Origin: Carboxydothermus pertinax
GTDB taxonomy: Bacteria; Bacillota; Z-2901; Carboxydothermales; Carboxydothermaceae
Assembly (NCBI RefSeq): GCF_001950255.1
Contig: NZ_BDJK01000014.1
Location: 9,966-41,965 of the forward strand
DNA length: 32,000 bases
Direction: 5' to 3'
The notes beneath the pieces were generated by a model. That model was not told where the DNA came from. It saw only the letters and a list, made by a program, of their open reading frames with translations, and ran no database searches. A program made the translations under genes and the position numbers. Shown here piece after piece: positions 9,600-19,182 of this stretch (within the stretch, counting starts at the first letter, position 1; every line of letters begins with the position of its first letter).

Positions 9600-11798
9600 A
9601 TGAGCGAAGTTATTAATTTTGATCAGATTTTTGATGGAGCAATCGAGCCGGGTAAAGAACCAAAAAGGCTTTTTAAAGAAGTTTATGAAGGAGCTATTAC
9701 CGCTACCAGCTATGCGGAAATCCTTCTTTCTCGGGCAATTGCCAAGTATGGTCCTGATCATCCTGTAGGCTATCCCGATACTGCGTATTTCCTTCCAGTA
9801 ATTCGGGCTTTTAGTGGTGAAGAAGTAAGAACCTTAAAAGATATGGTACCAATTTTAAACAGGATGCGTTCTCAAATTAAAAGCGAGCTTACTTTTGAAA
9901 ACGCTCGCTTGGCCGGTGAAGCTACTTGGTATGCTGCGGAGATTATCGAAGCTATTCGGTATCTTAAACACTCTGAAGAAAATCCAATTGTTGTTCCTCC
10001 CTGGACCGGTTTTATCGGCGACCCGGTTGTGCGGCAGTATGGTATTAAAATGGTGGACTGGACCATTCCTGGAGAAGCAGTAATAATAGGTCGGGCCAAA
10101 GACAGTAAAGCTGCAAAAAAAATTGTTGACGATTTAATGGGCAAAGGTTTAATGCTTTTCCTGTGCGATGAAATCATTGAGCAGCTACTGGAAGAAAACG
10201 TTAAACTTGGGGTAGACTATATTGCCTATCCGTTAGGTAACTTCACGCAAGTGGTTCACGCAGCCAACTATGCTTTACGGGCCGGACTTATGTTTGGTGG
10301 AATTGCTCCAGGACTTCGGGAAGCTCATAGGGATTATCAACGGCGTCGGGTTTTAGCTTTTATTCTATATTTAGGCGAGCACGACATGGTTAAAACAGCT
10401 GCCGCAATGGGCGGAATTTTCACCGGCTTCCCTGTAATTACCGATCAACCGCTACCGGAAGACAAACAAATTAAAGACTGGTTTATTTCTGAACCGGATT
10501 ATGATAAAATTGTACAAACTGCTCTGGAAGTCCGGGGTATCAAGATAACTTCAATAGACATCGACCTACCTATAAACTTTGGCCCTGCCTTTGAAGGTGA
10601 ATCCATCCGCAAAGGCGATATGCATGTAGAATTTGGTGGTTCGAAAACTCCAAGCTTTGAATTGGTAAGAATGGTTGGGCCGGATGAAATAGAAGATGGC
10701 AAAGTTGAGCTTATTGGTCCAGATATTGACACAGTACAACCGGGTGGCAGATTACCAATTGGTATTGTAGTAGATATTTACGGTCGGAAGATGCAAGAAG
10801 ATTTTGAACCGGTACTTGAAAGAAGGATTCACTACTTTACCAACTACGGTGAAGGTTTCTGGCATACAGCCCAACGGGATTTAACCTGGATCCGGATAAG
10901 TAAAGAGGCTTTTGCCAAGGGAGCACGACTTAAACACTTGGGGCAACTCCTTTATGCTAAATTTAAACAAGAGTTTCCGTCAATCGTTGACCGAGTCCAG
11001 GTAACGATTTATACTGATGAACAAAAAGTTTTAGAGCTTCGGGAAGAAGCTCGGAAAAAATATGCTGAACGGGATGCTAGACTTAGAGAACTTAGCGATG
11101 AAGCTGTTGATACTTATTATTCCTGCTTACTCTGCCAGTCTTTTGCTCCAACCCACGTCTGCATTGTATCGCCAGAAAGGGTTGGACTTTGCGGAGCAAT
11201 TAGCTGGTTAGACGCAAAAGCAGCCTATGAAATTAATCCCAATGGTCCTAACCAACCTGTACCCAAAGAAGGTTTAATTGATCCGGTAAAAGGTCAATGG
11301 GAGGCATTTAACGAATACATTTACAAGAATTCGCAACGAACAATTGAACGAATGAATCTTTATACGATTATGGAATATCCCATGACTTCCTGTGGCTGTT
11401 TTGAAGCTATCATGGCTTATATGCCCGAATTAAATGGTTTTATGATCGTCAACCGGGAACACAGTGGAATGACCCCCATTGGCATGACCTTCTCCACTTT
11501 AGCCGGTATGGTTGGTGGTGGAACGCAAACTCCTGGCTTTATGGGAATTGGTAAGTCTTACATTGGTTCGAAGAAGTTTGTTAAAGCAGATGGCGGTCTT
11601 GCCCGGGTAGTTTGGATGCCTAAAGACCTCAAAGAACAATTACGGGCGATAATTGAAGAAAGAGCCGAAGAAGAAGGACTTGGCCGCGATTTCATCGATA
11701 AGATTGCCGATGAAACTGTTGGAACAACTGTCGATGAAGTATTACCATTCTTAGAAGAAAAAGGACATCCTGCCCTTACCATGGAGCCGCTACTGTAA
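9600..11798 (+). CDS. acsB: Acetyl-CoA synthase (A-cluster subunit of CODH/ACS)
   Basis: The 732-aa product has A-cluster ligands SCLLCQSFAPTHVCIVSPERVGLCGA and the Cys-Gly-Cys motif in PMTSCGCFEA. The N-terminal block YGPDHPVGYPDTAYFLPVIRAFSGEEV is typical of AcsB. Confidence 0.95.
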   Translation: MSEVINFDQIFDGAIEPGKEPKRLFKEVYEGAITATSYAEILLSRAIAKYGPDHPVGYPDTAYFLPVIRAFSGEEVRTLKDMVPILNRMRSQIKSELTFENARLAGEATWYAAEIIEAIRYLKHSEENPIVVPPWTGFIGDPVVRQYGIKMVDWTIPGEAVIIGRAKDSKAAKKIVDDLMGKGLMLFLCDEIIEQLLEENVKLGVDYIAYPLGNFTQVVHAANYALRAGLMFGGIAPGLREAHRDYQRRRVLAFILYLGEHDMVKTAAAMGGIFTGFPVITDQPLPEDKQIKDWFISEPDYDKIVQTALEVRGIKITSIDIDLPINFGPAFEGESIRKGDMHVEFGGSKTPSFELVRMVGPDEIEDGKVELIGPDIDTVQPGGRLPIGIVVDIYGRKMQEDFEPVLERRIHYFTNYGEGFWHTAQRDLTWIRISKEAFAKGARLKHLGQLLYAKFKQEFPSIVDRVQVTIYTDEQKVLELREEARKKYAERDARLRELSDEAVDTYYSCLLCQSFAPTHVCIVSPERVGLCGAISWLDAKAAYEINPNGPNQPVPKEGLIDPVKGQWEAFNEYIYKNSQRTIERMNLYTIMEYPMTSCGCFEAIMAYMPELNGFMIVNREHSGMTPIGMTFSTLAGMVGGGTQTPGFMGIGKSYIGSKKFVKADGGLARVVWMPKDLKEQLRAIIEERAEEEGLGRDFIDKIADETVGTTVDEVLPFLEEKGHPALTMEPLL

Positions 11799-11806
11799 GC
11801 AAAATT

Positions 11807-11834
11807 ACAGGCGGAAGGTTTTCCTTCCGCCTGT
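11807..11834 (+). promoter_or_regulatory. GC-rich stem-loop in the acsB-acsC spacer (processing, stability or attenuation element)
   Basis: Perfect 12-bp stem acaggcggaagg / ccttccgcctgt with loop tttt, starting 9 nt after the acsB stop. It is followed by TTATAAAAAT, which is not a clean U-tract. Confidence 0.45.
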
Positions 11835-11871
11835 TTATAAAAATCAAAAGAAAAAGAAAGGAGAATCGTAA

Positions 11872-13209
11872 ATGGGCTTAACGGGTTTAGAAATCTACAA
11901 ACACCTACCAAAGAAAAATTGTAAAGAATGTGGTCAACCAACCTGTCTTGCTTTTGCTATGCAGATTGCTGCCGGTAAAGCTGGTTTGGATGCTTGCCCC
12001 TATGTTAGTGATGAGGCTAAAGAACTTTTGGAGTCTGCCTCGGCTCCACCGGTTGCTTTAGTAAAAGTGGGTAAAGGAGAAAAGGTATTAGAAATTGGTC
12101 ATGAAACTGTTTTATTCCGCCATGACAAGCGTTTTGAACATCCCTGCGGCTTAGCTATTTTGGTAGAAGATACTTTAAGTGAAGATGAACTAAAGGATAG
12201 GGTAGAAAAAATAAATAAGCTTATCTTTGACCGTGTAGGACAATTGCACTCAGTTAATCTAGTAGCCATCAAAGGTAGTTCGGGAGAGGCTGCAACCTTT
12301 GCTAAAGCCGTTGCTACTGCCCGTGCAGTTACCGATATGCCTTTTGTCTTAATTGGCACTCCAGAACAATTAGCGTCAGCCTTGGAAACGGAGGGTGCAA
12401 ATAATCCCCTTCTTTATGCAGCTACGGCAGATAATTATGAACAAATGGTGGAACTTGCTAAAAAATATAATGTTCCCTTAGCTGTTAGCGCAAAAGGATT
12501 AGATGCTTTAGCCGACTTGGTTCAAAAAATCACTTCAATGGGATATAAAAACTTGGTTTTAGATCCCCAGCCGGAAAACATTTACGAAGGGTTATTTTAC
12601 CAAACCCAAATTAGAAGACAAGCTATTAAGAAGCTTTTCCGGCCTTTTGGTTATCCAACAATAGCTTTTGTTTTAGATGATAATCCTTATCAGGCTGTAC
12701 TGGAAGCCTCCGTATACATTACCAAGTATGCTGGTATTATAGTTTTGAATACTGTGGAGCCGGCAAATATATTGCCGCTTATTACTTTAAGGCTTAATAT
12801 TTACACCGACCCACAAAAACCAATAGCTGTCGAACCGAAGGTTTATGAAATTTTAAACCCCGGTCCAGATGCTCCGGTGTTTATTACTACTAACTTCTCA
12901 CTGACCTACTTCTGTGTTGCCGGTGACGTGGAAGGAGCAAGAATTCCAGCATACATCCTACCGGTAGATACCGATGGAACTTCAGTTTTAACGGCCTGGG
13001 CTGCTGGGAAATTTACTCCCGAAAAAATTGCTCAGTTTTTAAATGAAAGTGGTATTGCTGAAAAAGTTAACCACCGGAAAGCAATTCTCCCGGGAGGAGT
13101 TGCAGTGCTGAGTGGTAAACTCCAGGAATTATCTGGATGGGAGATTTTGGTTGGTCCAAGAGAGTCCTCGGGTATTAACTCCTTTATTAAGCAACGCTGG
13201 AATGCATAA
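11872..13209 (+). CDS. acsC: Corrinoid iron-sulfur protein, large (gamma) subunit
   Basis: The 445-aa product has the N-terminal [4Fe-4S] motif KKNCKECGQPTCLAFAMQIAAGKAGLDACPY. It sits between acsB and the other CFeSP genes. Confidence 0.92.
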   Translation: MGLTGLEIYKHLPKKNCKECGQPTCLAFAMQIAAGKAGLDACPYVSDEAKELLESASAPPVALVKVGKGEKVLEIGHETVLFRHDKRFEHPCGLAILVEDTLSEDELKDRVEKINKLIFDRVGQLHSVNLVAIKGSSGEAATFAKAVATARAVTDMPFVLIGTPEQLASALETEGANNPLLYAATADNYEQMVELAKKYNVPLAVSAKGLDALADLVQKITSMGYKNLVLDPQPENIYEGLFYQTQIRRQAIKKLFRPFGYPTIAFVLDDNPYQAVLEASVYITKYAGIIVLNTVEPANILPLITLRLNIYTDPQKPIAVEPKVYEILNPGPDAPVFITTNFSLTYFCVAGDVEGARIPAYILPVDTDGTSVLTAWAAGKFTPEKIAQFLNESGIAEKVNHRKAILPGGVAVLSGKLQELSGWEILVGPRESSGINSFIKQRWNA

Positions 13210-13263
13210 CTATAAAGCTATAAAAGGAGATTTTTTATTTATAAAGAAAGAAGGTTTTTAAAA

Positions 13264-15159
13264 ATGGCAGAACATAAAGTATTGTTCAAACCAGACCAGA
13301 AGGAAGTAAGAATTTCAGAAAGTACCAATTTAATGGAAGCTTTAAATTTAGCCGGGATAAATATTAAAACAGTTTGCGGAGGAGCAGGAACTTGCGGCAA
13401 GTGTCTGGTTAAAGTGGTTGAAGGACAAAAAAGGGTAGTTAGTTACGGAAAGCTAAAGCAAGAAGAAATAAATCAAGGCTTTGTGCTGGCCTGCCAGACC
13501 TTTCCAGAAAGTGACTTGGTAGTGGAAATACCTTTTACTTCCAGGCTTACTACTCACCAAATTGTTACCGATGAGGATAAATCTTCTGGAGTCATGAACG
13601 AATTAGACTTAGCCGAAGTGGATGAGTTTGACCCACTTTTTAAACAAATATCTCTCGAATTACCAGTGCCTACGCTTGACGACCCAAGAGATGATCTATC
13701 CAGACTTACTGCGACCTTTGCCCGTCAGGAAAGCAATGAACTTATTCTGGAATACGAACATTTAAAGGACTTACCGCAAGTTTTAAGGAAAGAAAACTTT
13801 ATCGTAACGTTAGGAGTAAATGATTATCTAGGTAAAAATAAAGTTATGTTTCTAAAACCCGGCAATTTAATACAAAAACTTTATGGACTTGCCATTGATA
13901 TTGGCACAACTACTGTAGTTGTGCAATTAATAGATCTTACAAACGGTAAAGTTTTAGGAACTAAAGGTAATTACAATAAACAAGCGGCTTTTGGTGATGA
14001 TGTTATCAGCAGAATTATCTATGTAGACGAAAACCCCGATGGTGCGGAAAAATTAAGAAAAGCAGTATTGTCCACTATCAACGAGCTTGTTTTACAGCTT
14101 TGCACTGAACTGCAAATTGCGAAAAAAGATATAGTTTCTGCGGTTGTTGCGGGCAATACTACTATGACTCACCTTTTTTTAGAAATTGACCCAAGGTTTA
14201 TTCGTTTAGAGCCTTATACACCGGCTGCTTTATTTATACCACCTATACCAGCGAGTTTGGCCAAAATTGAGATGAATCCCGAAGGATTAGTTTACGTTAT
14301 GCCCAATGTAGCAAGCTATGTGGGAGGGGATATTACCTCTGGAGTTTTATATACTGGACTTGCCAATTTGGAGGAAATCACGCTTTTTATTGATATTGGA
14401 ACTAATGGAGAAATGGTTTTAGGAAACAAGGATTGGCTTGTAACCTGCGCCTGTTCTGCCGGTCCCGCTTTTGAAGGTAGTGGAATAAAACATGGTATGC
14501 GGGCCATGCAAGGGGCAATTGAAAGGGTTAATATCTTGGACAAAGGTAAAGAAGTTAAATACCAAACAGTTGGTGGCATACCACCGGTAGGGATTTGTGG
14601 TTCAGGTTTAATCGATTTACTGGCAAACTTAAAAAGGGCAGGAATAATTGACCGAAATGGTAAAATTGACCGGACAGTTAATAAAGAACGCATCCGGGAA
14701 GGGGAAGACGGTTTGGAGTTTGTTTTAGCCTGGGCCGCAGAAAGTGGAACTAACAAAGATGTAGTAATTACCGAAGCTGACATCCAAAATTTAATTCGCG
14801 CTAAAGCAGCTATTTTTGCAGGAGTGCGGACAATGTTAGCCATGGTTGATTTACCACTAGAAGCTATTGATCGGGTTATTATTGCTGGAGGTTTTGGTAA
14901 GTATCTTAACATTCGGGATGCTATAACTATTGGCCTTTTGCCTGATATTGATCTTAATAAATTTGCCTATGTGGGGAATAGCTCTCTAAAGGGTGCTCGA
15001 AAAGCTTTATTATCCCGTAAAGCTTGTGCGGATGTTAAGGAAATCGCACGCAAAATGACCTATTTGGAGCTAAGCGTGGGTACCACCTTTATGGATGAAT
15101 TTGTTTCTGCATCCTTTATTCCCCATACCGATTTGCATTTATTTCCATCGGTTGAATAA
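13264..15159 (+). CDS. Reductive activator of the corrinoid Fe-S protein (RACo-type; 2Fe-2S ferredoxin domain fused to an ASKHA-fold ATPase)
   Basis: The 631-aa product has an N-terminal plant-type ferredoxin motif (VCGGAGTCGKCLVKV...LACQT). It also has actin/sugar-kinase-like phosphate motifs (GLAIDIGTTTV, LFIDIGTNGEM, IIAGGFG). This is the orf7 position of Moorella-type acs clusters. Confidence 0.85.
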   Translation: MAEHKVLFKPDQKEVRISESTNLMEALNLAGINIKTVCGGAGTCGKCLVKVVEGQKRVVSYGKLKQEEINQGFVLACQTFPESDLVVEIPFTSRLTTHQIVTDEDKSSGVMNELDLAEVDEFDPLFKQISLELPVPTLDDPRDDLSRLTATFARQESNELILEYEHLKDLPQVLRKENFIVTLGVNDYLGKNKVMFLKPGNLIQKLYGLAIDIGTTTVVVQLIDLTNGKVLGTKGNYNKQAAFGDDVISRIIYVDENPDGAEKLRKAVLSTINELVLQLCTELQIAKKDIVSAVVAGNTTMTHLFLEIDPRFIRLEPYTPAALFIPPIPASLAKIEMNPEGLVYVMPNVASYVGGDITSGVLYTGLANLEEITLFIDIGTNGEMVLGNKDWLVTCACSAGPAFEGSGIKHGMRAMQGAIERVNILDKGKEVKYQTVGGIPPVGICGSGLIDLLANLKRAGIIDRNGKIDRTVNKERIREGEDGLEFVLAWAAESGTNKDVVITEADIQNLIRAKAAIFAGVRTMLAMVDLPLEAIDRVIIAGGFGKYLNIRDAITIGLLPDIDLNKFAYVGNSSLKGARKALLSRKACADVKEIARKMTYLELSVGTTFMDEFVSASFIPHTDLHLFPSVE

Positions 15160-15180
15160 GTAAAAGTAGGAGGAGTAAAA

Positions 15181-15939
15181 ATGGCGTTTAAAATAGCTGT
15201 TGCTGGTAAAGGTGGTACAGGTAAAACTACGTTTTCCGCATTAGTAATAAAGCAGTTGTTGCTGGCAGGTAAAAGGCCAATTTTGGCAGTAGATGCTGAT
15301 GCTAATGCTAACTTAAATGAAGCTTTGGGTTTAGAAGTAGAGCAAGCAATTTCCGATGTGATTAATCGTCTTGCTAAAAATATGGACCCGATTCCCGCTG
15401 GTATGACCAAAGACCAGTATATAAGTTTTAAAATCCATGAAACCCTTTCGGAAGGCGAAGATGTGGACCTTTTGGTAATGGGAGGCCCGGAAGGTCAAGG
15501 ATGCTACTGCTATGCTAATAATTTATTGCGCCAGTTTCTTTTAACCCTTAGCAACAATTATCCTTATATTGTAATGGATAACGAAGCTGGGATGGAGCAT
15601 TTAAGCCGTAGGACTACCGATGAAGTGGATGTCTTTTTTGTCATCAGCGACGGAAGTGTACGGGGGATAAGATCTGCAGGGAGGATAAAACAATTAATTG
15701 ATTCTTTAGATTTAAAAATAAAAGATAAGTATTTAGTTATTACAAGAATTAACGAAGAAGATATTCCTGAGGTTCAGGAGGAGATTGAAAAGACCGGATT
15801 AAAGTTAATTGGGGTAATTCCCGATGATGAGTTGGTAACTGAATTTGACCGGCAAAGTAAACCTTTAATTAATTTACCCGATGACAGTACGGCAGTAAGG
15901 GCAGTGAGGAAAATTTTACAAAATGTTGGTATCCTTTAA
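15181..15939 (+). CDS. acsF: AcsF, second CooC-type Ni-insertion ATPase (ACS A-cluster maturation)
   Basis: It has Walker A MAFKIAVAGKGGTGKTT and the CXC motif in GQGCYCYANN. It is a paralog of the gene at 6742 and lies between RACo and acsD. Confidence 0.88.
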   Translation: MAFKIAVAGKGGTGKTTFSALVIKQLLLAGKRPILAVDADANANLNEALGLEVEQAISDVINRLAKNMDPIPAGMTKDQYISFKIHETLSEGEDVDLLVMGGPEGQGCYCYANNLLRQFLLTLSNNYPYIVMDNEAGMEHLSRRTTDEVDVFFVISDGSVRGIRSAGRIKQLIDSLDLKIKDKYLVITRINEEDIPEVQEEIEKTGLKLIGVIPDDELVTEFDRQSKPLINLPDDSTAVRAVRKILQNVGIL

Positions 15940-15963
15940 TTTTACATGAAAGGAGAGATTTTA

Positions 15964-16896
15964 ATGGCTGTAGAAGTTTTTAAAGAAAAATGGAATTCTA
16001 AAGTAGTAGAAGTTACCCTTGGAACAGGGGATAAAGCAGTAACCCTTGGAGGGGACAGCACTCTTCCGTTTTTAACCTTTGAAGGAGAAATACCTAATCC
16101 TCCCCGGTTTGCCTTAGAAGTGTTTGATACTCCTCCCAGCGACTGGCCGGAAATTTTAGTGGAACCGTTTAAAGATGTAATTAATGACCCGGTAGCTTGG
16201 GCTAGAAAGTGTGTTGAATATGGAGCGGATTTAGTAGCATTGAGACTGGTTTCAGCCCATCCCGATGGTTTAAATCGCTCCGGAGCAGAAGTTGCTGAGG
16301 TTTGCAAAGCTGTTGCCGATGCTATTGATGTACCTTTAATGATCATTGGTTGCGGCGTTGAAGAAAAAGATGCGGAAATTTTCCCAATAATCGGTGAAGC
16401 GCTTTCTGGAAGAAATTGTTTATTGTCGTCGGCAACGAAAGATAATTACAAGCCGATAGTGGCCACTTGCATGGTGCACGGTCACTCCGTAGTTGCTTCG
16501 GCTCCCCTCGATATTAACTTATCAAAGCAGCTAAACATTATGATTATGGAAATGAACCTTGCACCTAACCGAATAGTAATGGACCCCCTAATTGGGGCAT
16601 TGGGATATGGTATTGAATATTCTTATTCCATTATTGAGCGGATGCGTTTAGGAGCCTTAACGGGGGATAAAATTTTGGCGATGCCGGTAGTGTGTTTTGT
16701 AGGTCAGGAAGCCTGGAAGGCCAAAGAAGCTAAGGATCCAGAAGTAGCGGAGTGGGGAGATTATGGACTTCGAGCTATTCACTGGGAAACAGTAACCACA
16801 GTTGGTTTACTCCAGTCGGGTGGCCATCTGTTTGTTATGCGCCATCCTAAATCGTTGGCTGAAGTTAAAGAACATCTTAAGAGAATTTTAAAATAA
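15964..16896 (+). CDS. acsD: Corrinoid iron-sulfur protein, small (delta) subunit
   Basis: I prefer ATG 15964 (MAVEVFKEKW...) because AAAGGAGAG at 15949-15957 is then a 6-nt-spaced RBS; the 15946 ATG in the ORF track overlaps that RBS. The size and position between acsF and acsE fit the TIM-barrel CFeSP small subunit. Confidence 0.88.
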   Translation: MAVEVFKEKWNSKVVEVTLGTGDKAVTLGGDSTLPFLTFEGEIPNPPRFALEVFDTPPSDWPEILVEPFKDVINDPVAWARKCVEYGADLVALRLVSAHPDGLNRSGAEVAEVCKAVADAIDVPLMIIGCGVEEKDAEIFPIIGEALSGRNCLLSSATKDNYKPIVATCMVHGHSVVASAPLDINLSKQLNIMIMEMNLAPNRIVMDPLIGALGYGIEYSYSIIERMRLGALTGDKILAMPVVCFVGQEAWKAKEAKDPEVAEWGDYGLRAIHWETVTTVGLLQSGGHLFVMRHPKSLAEVKEHLKRILK

Positions 16897-16918
16897 TTTT
16901 TTATAGGAGGGAAATTAA

Positions 16919-17710
<792 letters not shown>

Positions 17711-17711
17711 A

Positions 17712-17734
17712 AAGACGGGGCTTTGCCCCGTCTT
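17712..17734 (+). terminator. Stem-loop after acsE (partial terminator separating the acs and hdr/met blocks)
   Basis: 9-bp stem aagacgggg / ccccgtctt around the loop ctttg, starting 2 nt after the acsE stop. A T6 run follows only after an 8-nt gap (AATACCATTTTTT), which is atypical spacing. Confidence 0.45.
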
Positions 17735-17763
17735 AATACCATTTTTTAAGGCGAGGGATAGTA

Positions 17764-18297
17764 ATGTTAAATACCACCCTAACCAGGGAGATTGTGGAGC
17801 TTTCTCACCAACCGGTAAGTCGCTGCTTTCAGTGTCAAAAATGTAGTTTAGGTTGCCCTGTTGCTGAAGAAATGGATTACTTGCCCCATCAGGCAGTGGA
17901 TTTAATTAATAAAGGACAAACAGAAAAATTAATAGGAAGTAAAGCTTCCTGGATTTGTGTCAGCTGTAAAACCTGTGTACAGCGTTGTCCTAATGGTATA
18001 GATGTTGGGGCCATTCATGATGCGGTAAAACATTATCATTTTCAACAAAACTTGCCCATAGGAGTTAAACCCGTGGCTGACTTTTATGAGAGCTTTTTAG
18101 ATACCGTTTACAATTACGGACGGGCTTATGAGCTAGGAATGATTGTTAAACATAAGTTTAAGACAAAAAATTTTACCCAGGATGTGAAAATGGGCATAAC
18201 GATGTTTTTTAAAGGAAAAATCAAATTAGCTCCCCATAAAATCAACAAGATATGGGAAGTTAAAAATTTATTTACCAAGGTAAAGGGGAGTGAGTAA
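17764..18297 (+). CDS. hdrC: Heterodisulfide reductase subunit C-like (2x[4Fe-4S])
   Basis: The 177-aa product has two ferredoxin-type motifs, CFQCQKCSLGCPV and CVSCKTCVQRCPNG. Its stop overlaps the hdrB start (TAATGA). Confidence 0.88.
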   Translation: MLNTTLTREIVELSHQPVSRCFQCQKCSLGCPVAEEMDYLPHQAVDLINKGQTEKLIGSKASWICVSCKTCVQRCPNGIDVGAIHDAVKHYHFQQNLPIGVKPVADFYESFLDTVYNYGRAYELGMIVKHKFKTKNFTQDVKMGITMFFKGKIKLAPHKINKIWEVKNLFTKVKGSE

Positions 18298-19160
18298 TGA
18301 AAACCGGATACTATCCTGGATGTTCACTCCATTCTACTGCTTCCGAGTATAATGATTCGGTATTAGCAGTAGTTAAAGCAATTAATAATGAAGTGAAAGA
18401 AATTGATGATTGGAATTGTTGTGGAGCTACCGCCGGCCACAGTACAGCTCCGGAACTAGCAATTGGCCTTCCATTAAGGAATTTAATGCTGGCCGAAAAA
18501 GAAGGTTTAGAGGAAGTATTGGTTCCCTGTGCTGCCTGCTATAATCTTTTTAAAACTGCTCAATTTGAAGTTTCAGAAAATCCAAATCATTCTCAAGAGG
18601 TAGTATATGAGCTTGAACACCAGATAGGTATTAAATATCAAAACAAAATAAAAATATTAAATTTTATTGAGTATGTTTTAAAGCCAGAAAATATTGAAAA
18701 AATTAAAAAGTTACTTAAAAGACCCTTAACCGATTTAAAGATAGCTGCTTATTATGGTTGTTTACTTTTACGTCCTCATAATGTTGTAGGCTTTGATAAT
18801 CCTGAACGACCAACGAAAATGGAGCAGCTTTTAGAAGTCTTAGGGGCTACAGCGGTTCGCTGGAGTGCTAAAAGTGATTGTTGTGGTGGTAGTCAAGCCC
18901 TTTCAAAGCCTAATTTGGTGGTAAAGCTTGTGGGAAACATTATAACCAATGCTCGGGATAATGGTGCCCAGCTAATAGTAACCGCTTGTCCATTATGTCA
19001 GGCAAACTTGGATGGTCGGCAAATTAACTGGGATTCCCCAGAACAAAACAAAGAATTATTACCAGTCTTGTACATTTCCGAGCTTATTGGTTACGCCTTG
19101 GGTCTTCCAACAGAAAAGTGGTTTGCAAAACATCTTGTTCCCCCTTCGTTAAAAGATTAA
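18297..19160 (+). CDS. hdrB: Heterodisulfide reductase subunit B-like (two CCG domains)
   Basis: The 287-aa product has two CCG-domain signatures, WNCCGATAGH...PCAACYN and SDCCGGSQ...ACPLCQANL. Confidence 0.88.
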   Translation: MKTGYYPGCSLHSTASEYNDSVLAVVKAINNEVKEIDDWNCCGATAGHSTAPELAIGLPLRNLMLAEKEGLEEVLVPCAACYNLFKTAQFEVSENPNHSQEVVYELEHQIGIKYQNKIKILNFIEYVLKPENIEKIKKLLKRPLTDLKIAAYYGCLLLRPHNVVGFDNPERPTKMEQLLEVLGATAVRWSAKSDCCGGSQALSKPNLVVKLVGNIITNARDNGAQLIVTACPLCQANLDGRQINWDSPEQNKELLPVLYISELIGYALGLPTEKWFAKHLVPPSLKD

Positions 19161-19182
19161 AGGGGAAGGTGGGGAGGTAAAT

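Noticed and set aside
7634-11941. Many 60-127-aa minus-strand ORFs inside acsA, acsB and the acsB/acsC junction (for example 7968-8258, 9872-10177, 10499-10732, 11558-11941).
   Set aside because: They lie antisense to long, motif-rich, confidently identified genes. Their translations are low-complexity (Ser/Pro/Leu-rich) with no RBS or family signature, so they are shadow ORFs.
15946-15963. N-terminal extensions in the ORF track: acsD from 15946, the DUF362 gene from 27859, and the phasin-like gene from 3524.
   Set aside because: In each case an internal ATG a few codons downstream has a well-spaced Shine-Dalgarno sequence. The upstream start either overlaps that SD or overlaps the preceding gene, so I used the shorter coordinates.
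14316-16346. Minus-strand ORFs of 198, 116 and 134 aa (14316-14912, 15060-15410, 15942-16346).
   Set aside because: They are antisense to the RACo, acsF and acsD genes. Their Ser/Pro/Ala/Thr-rich composition is typical of the reverse frame of a GC-richer coding region, and I see no independent start signals.
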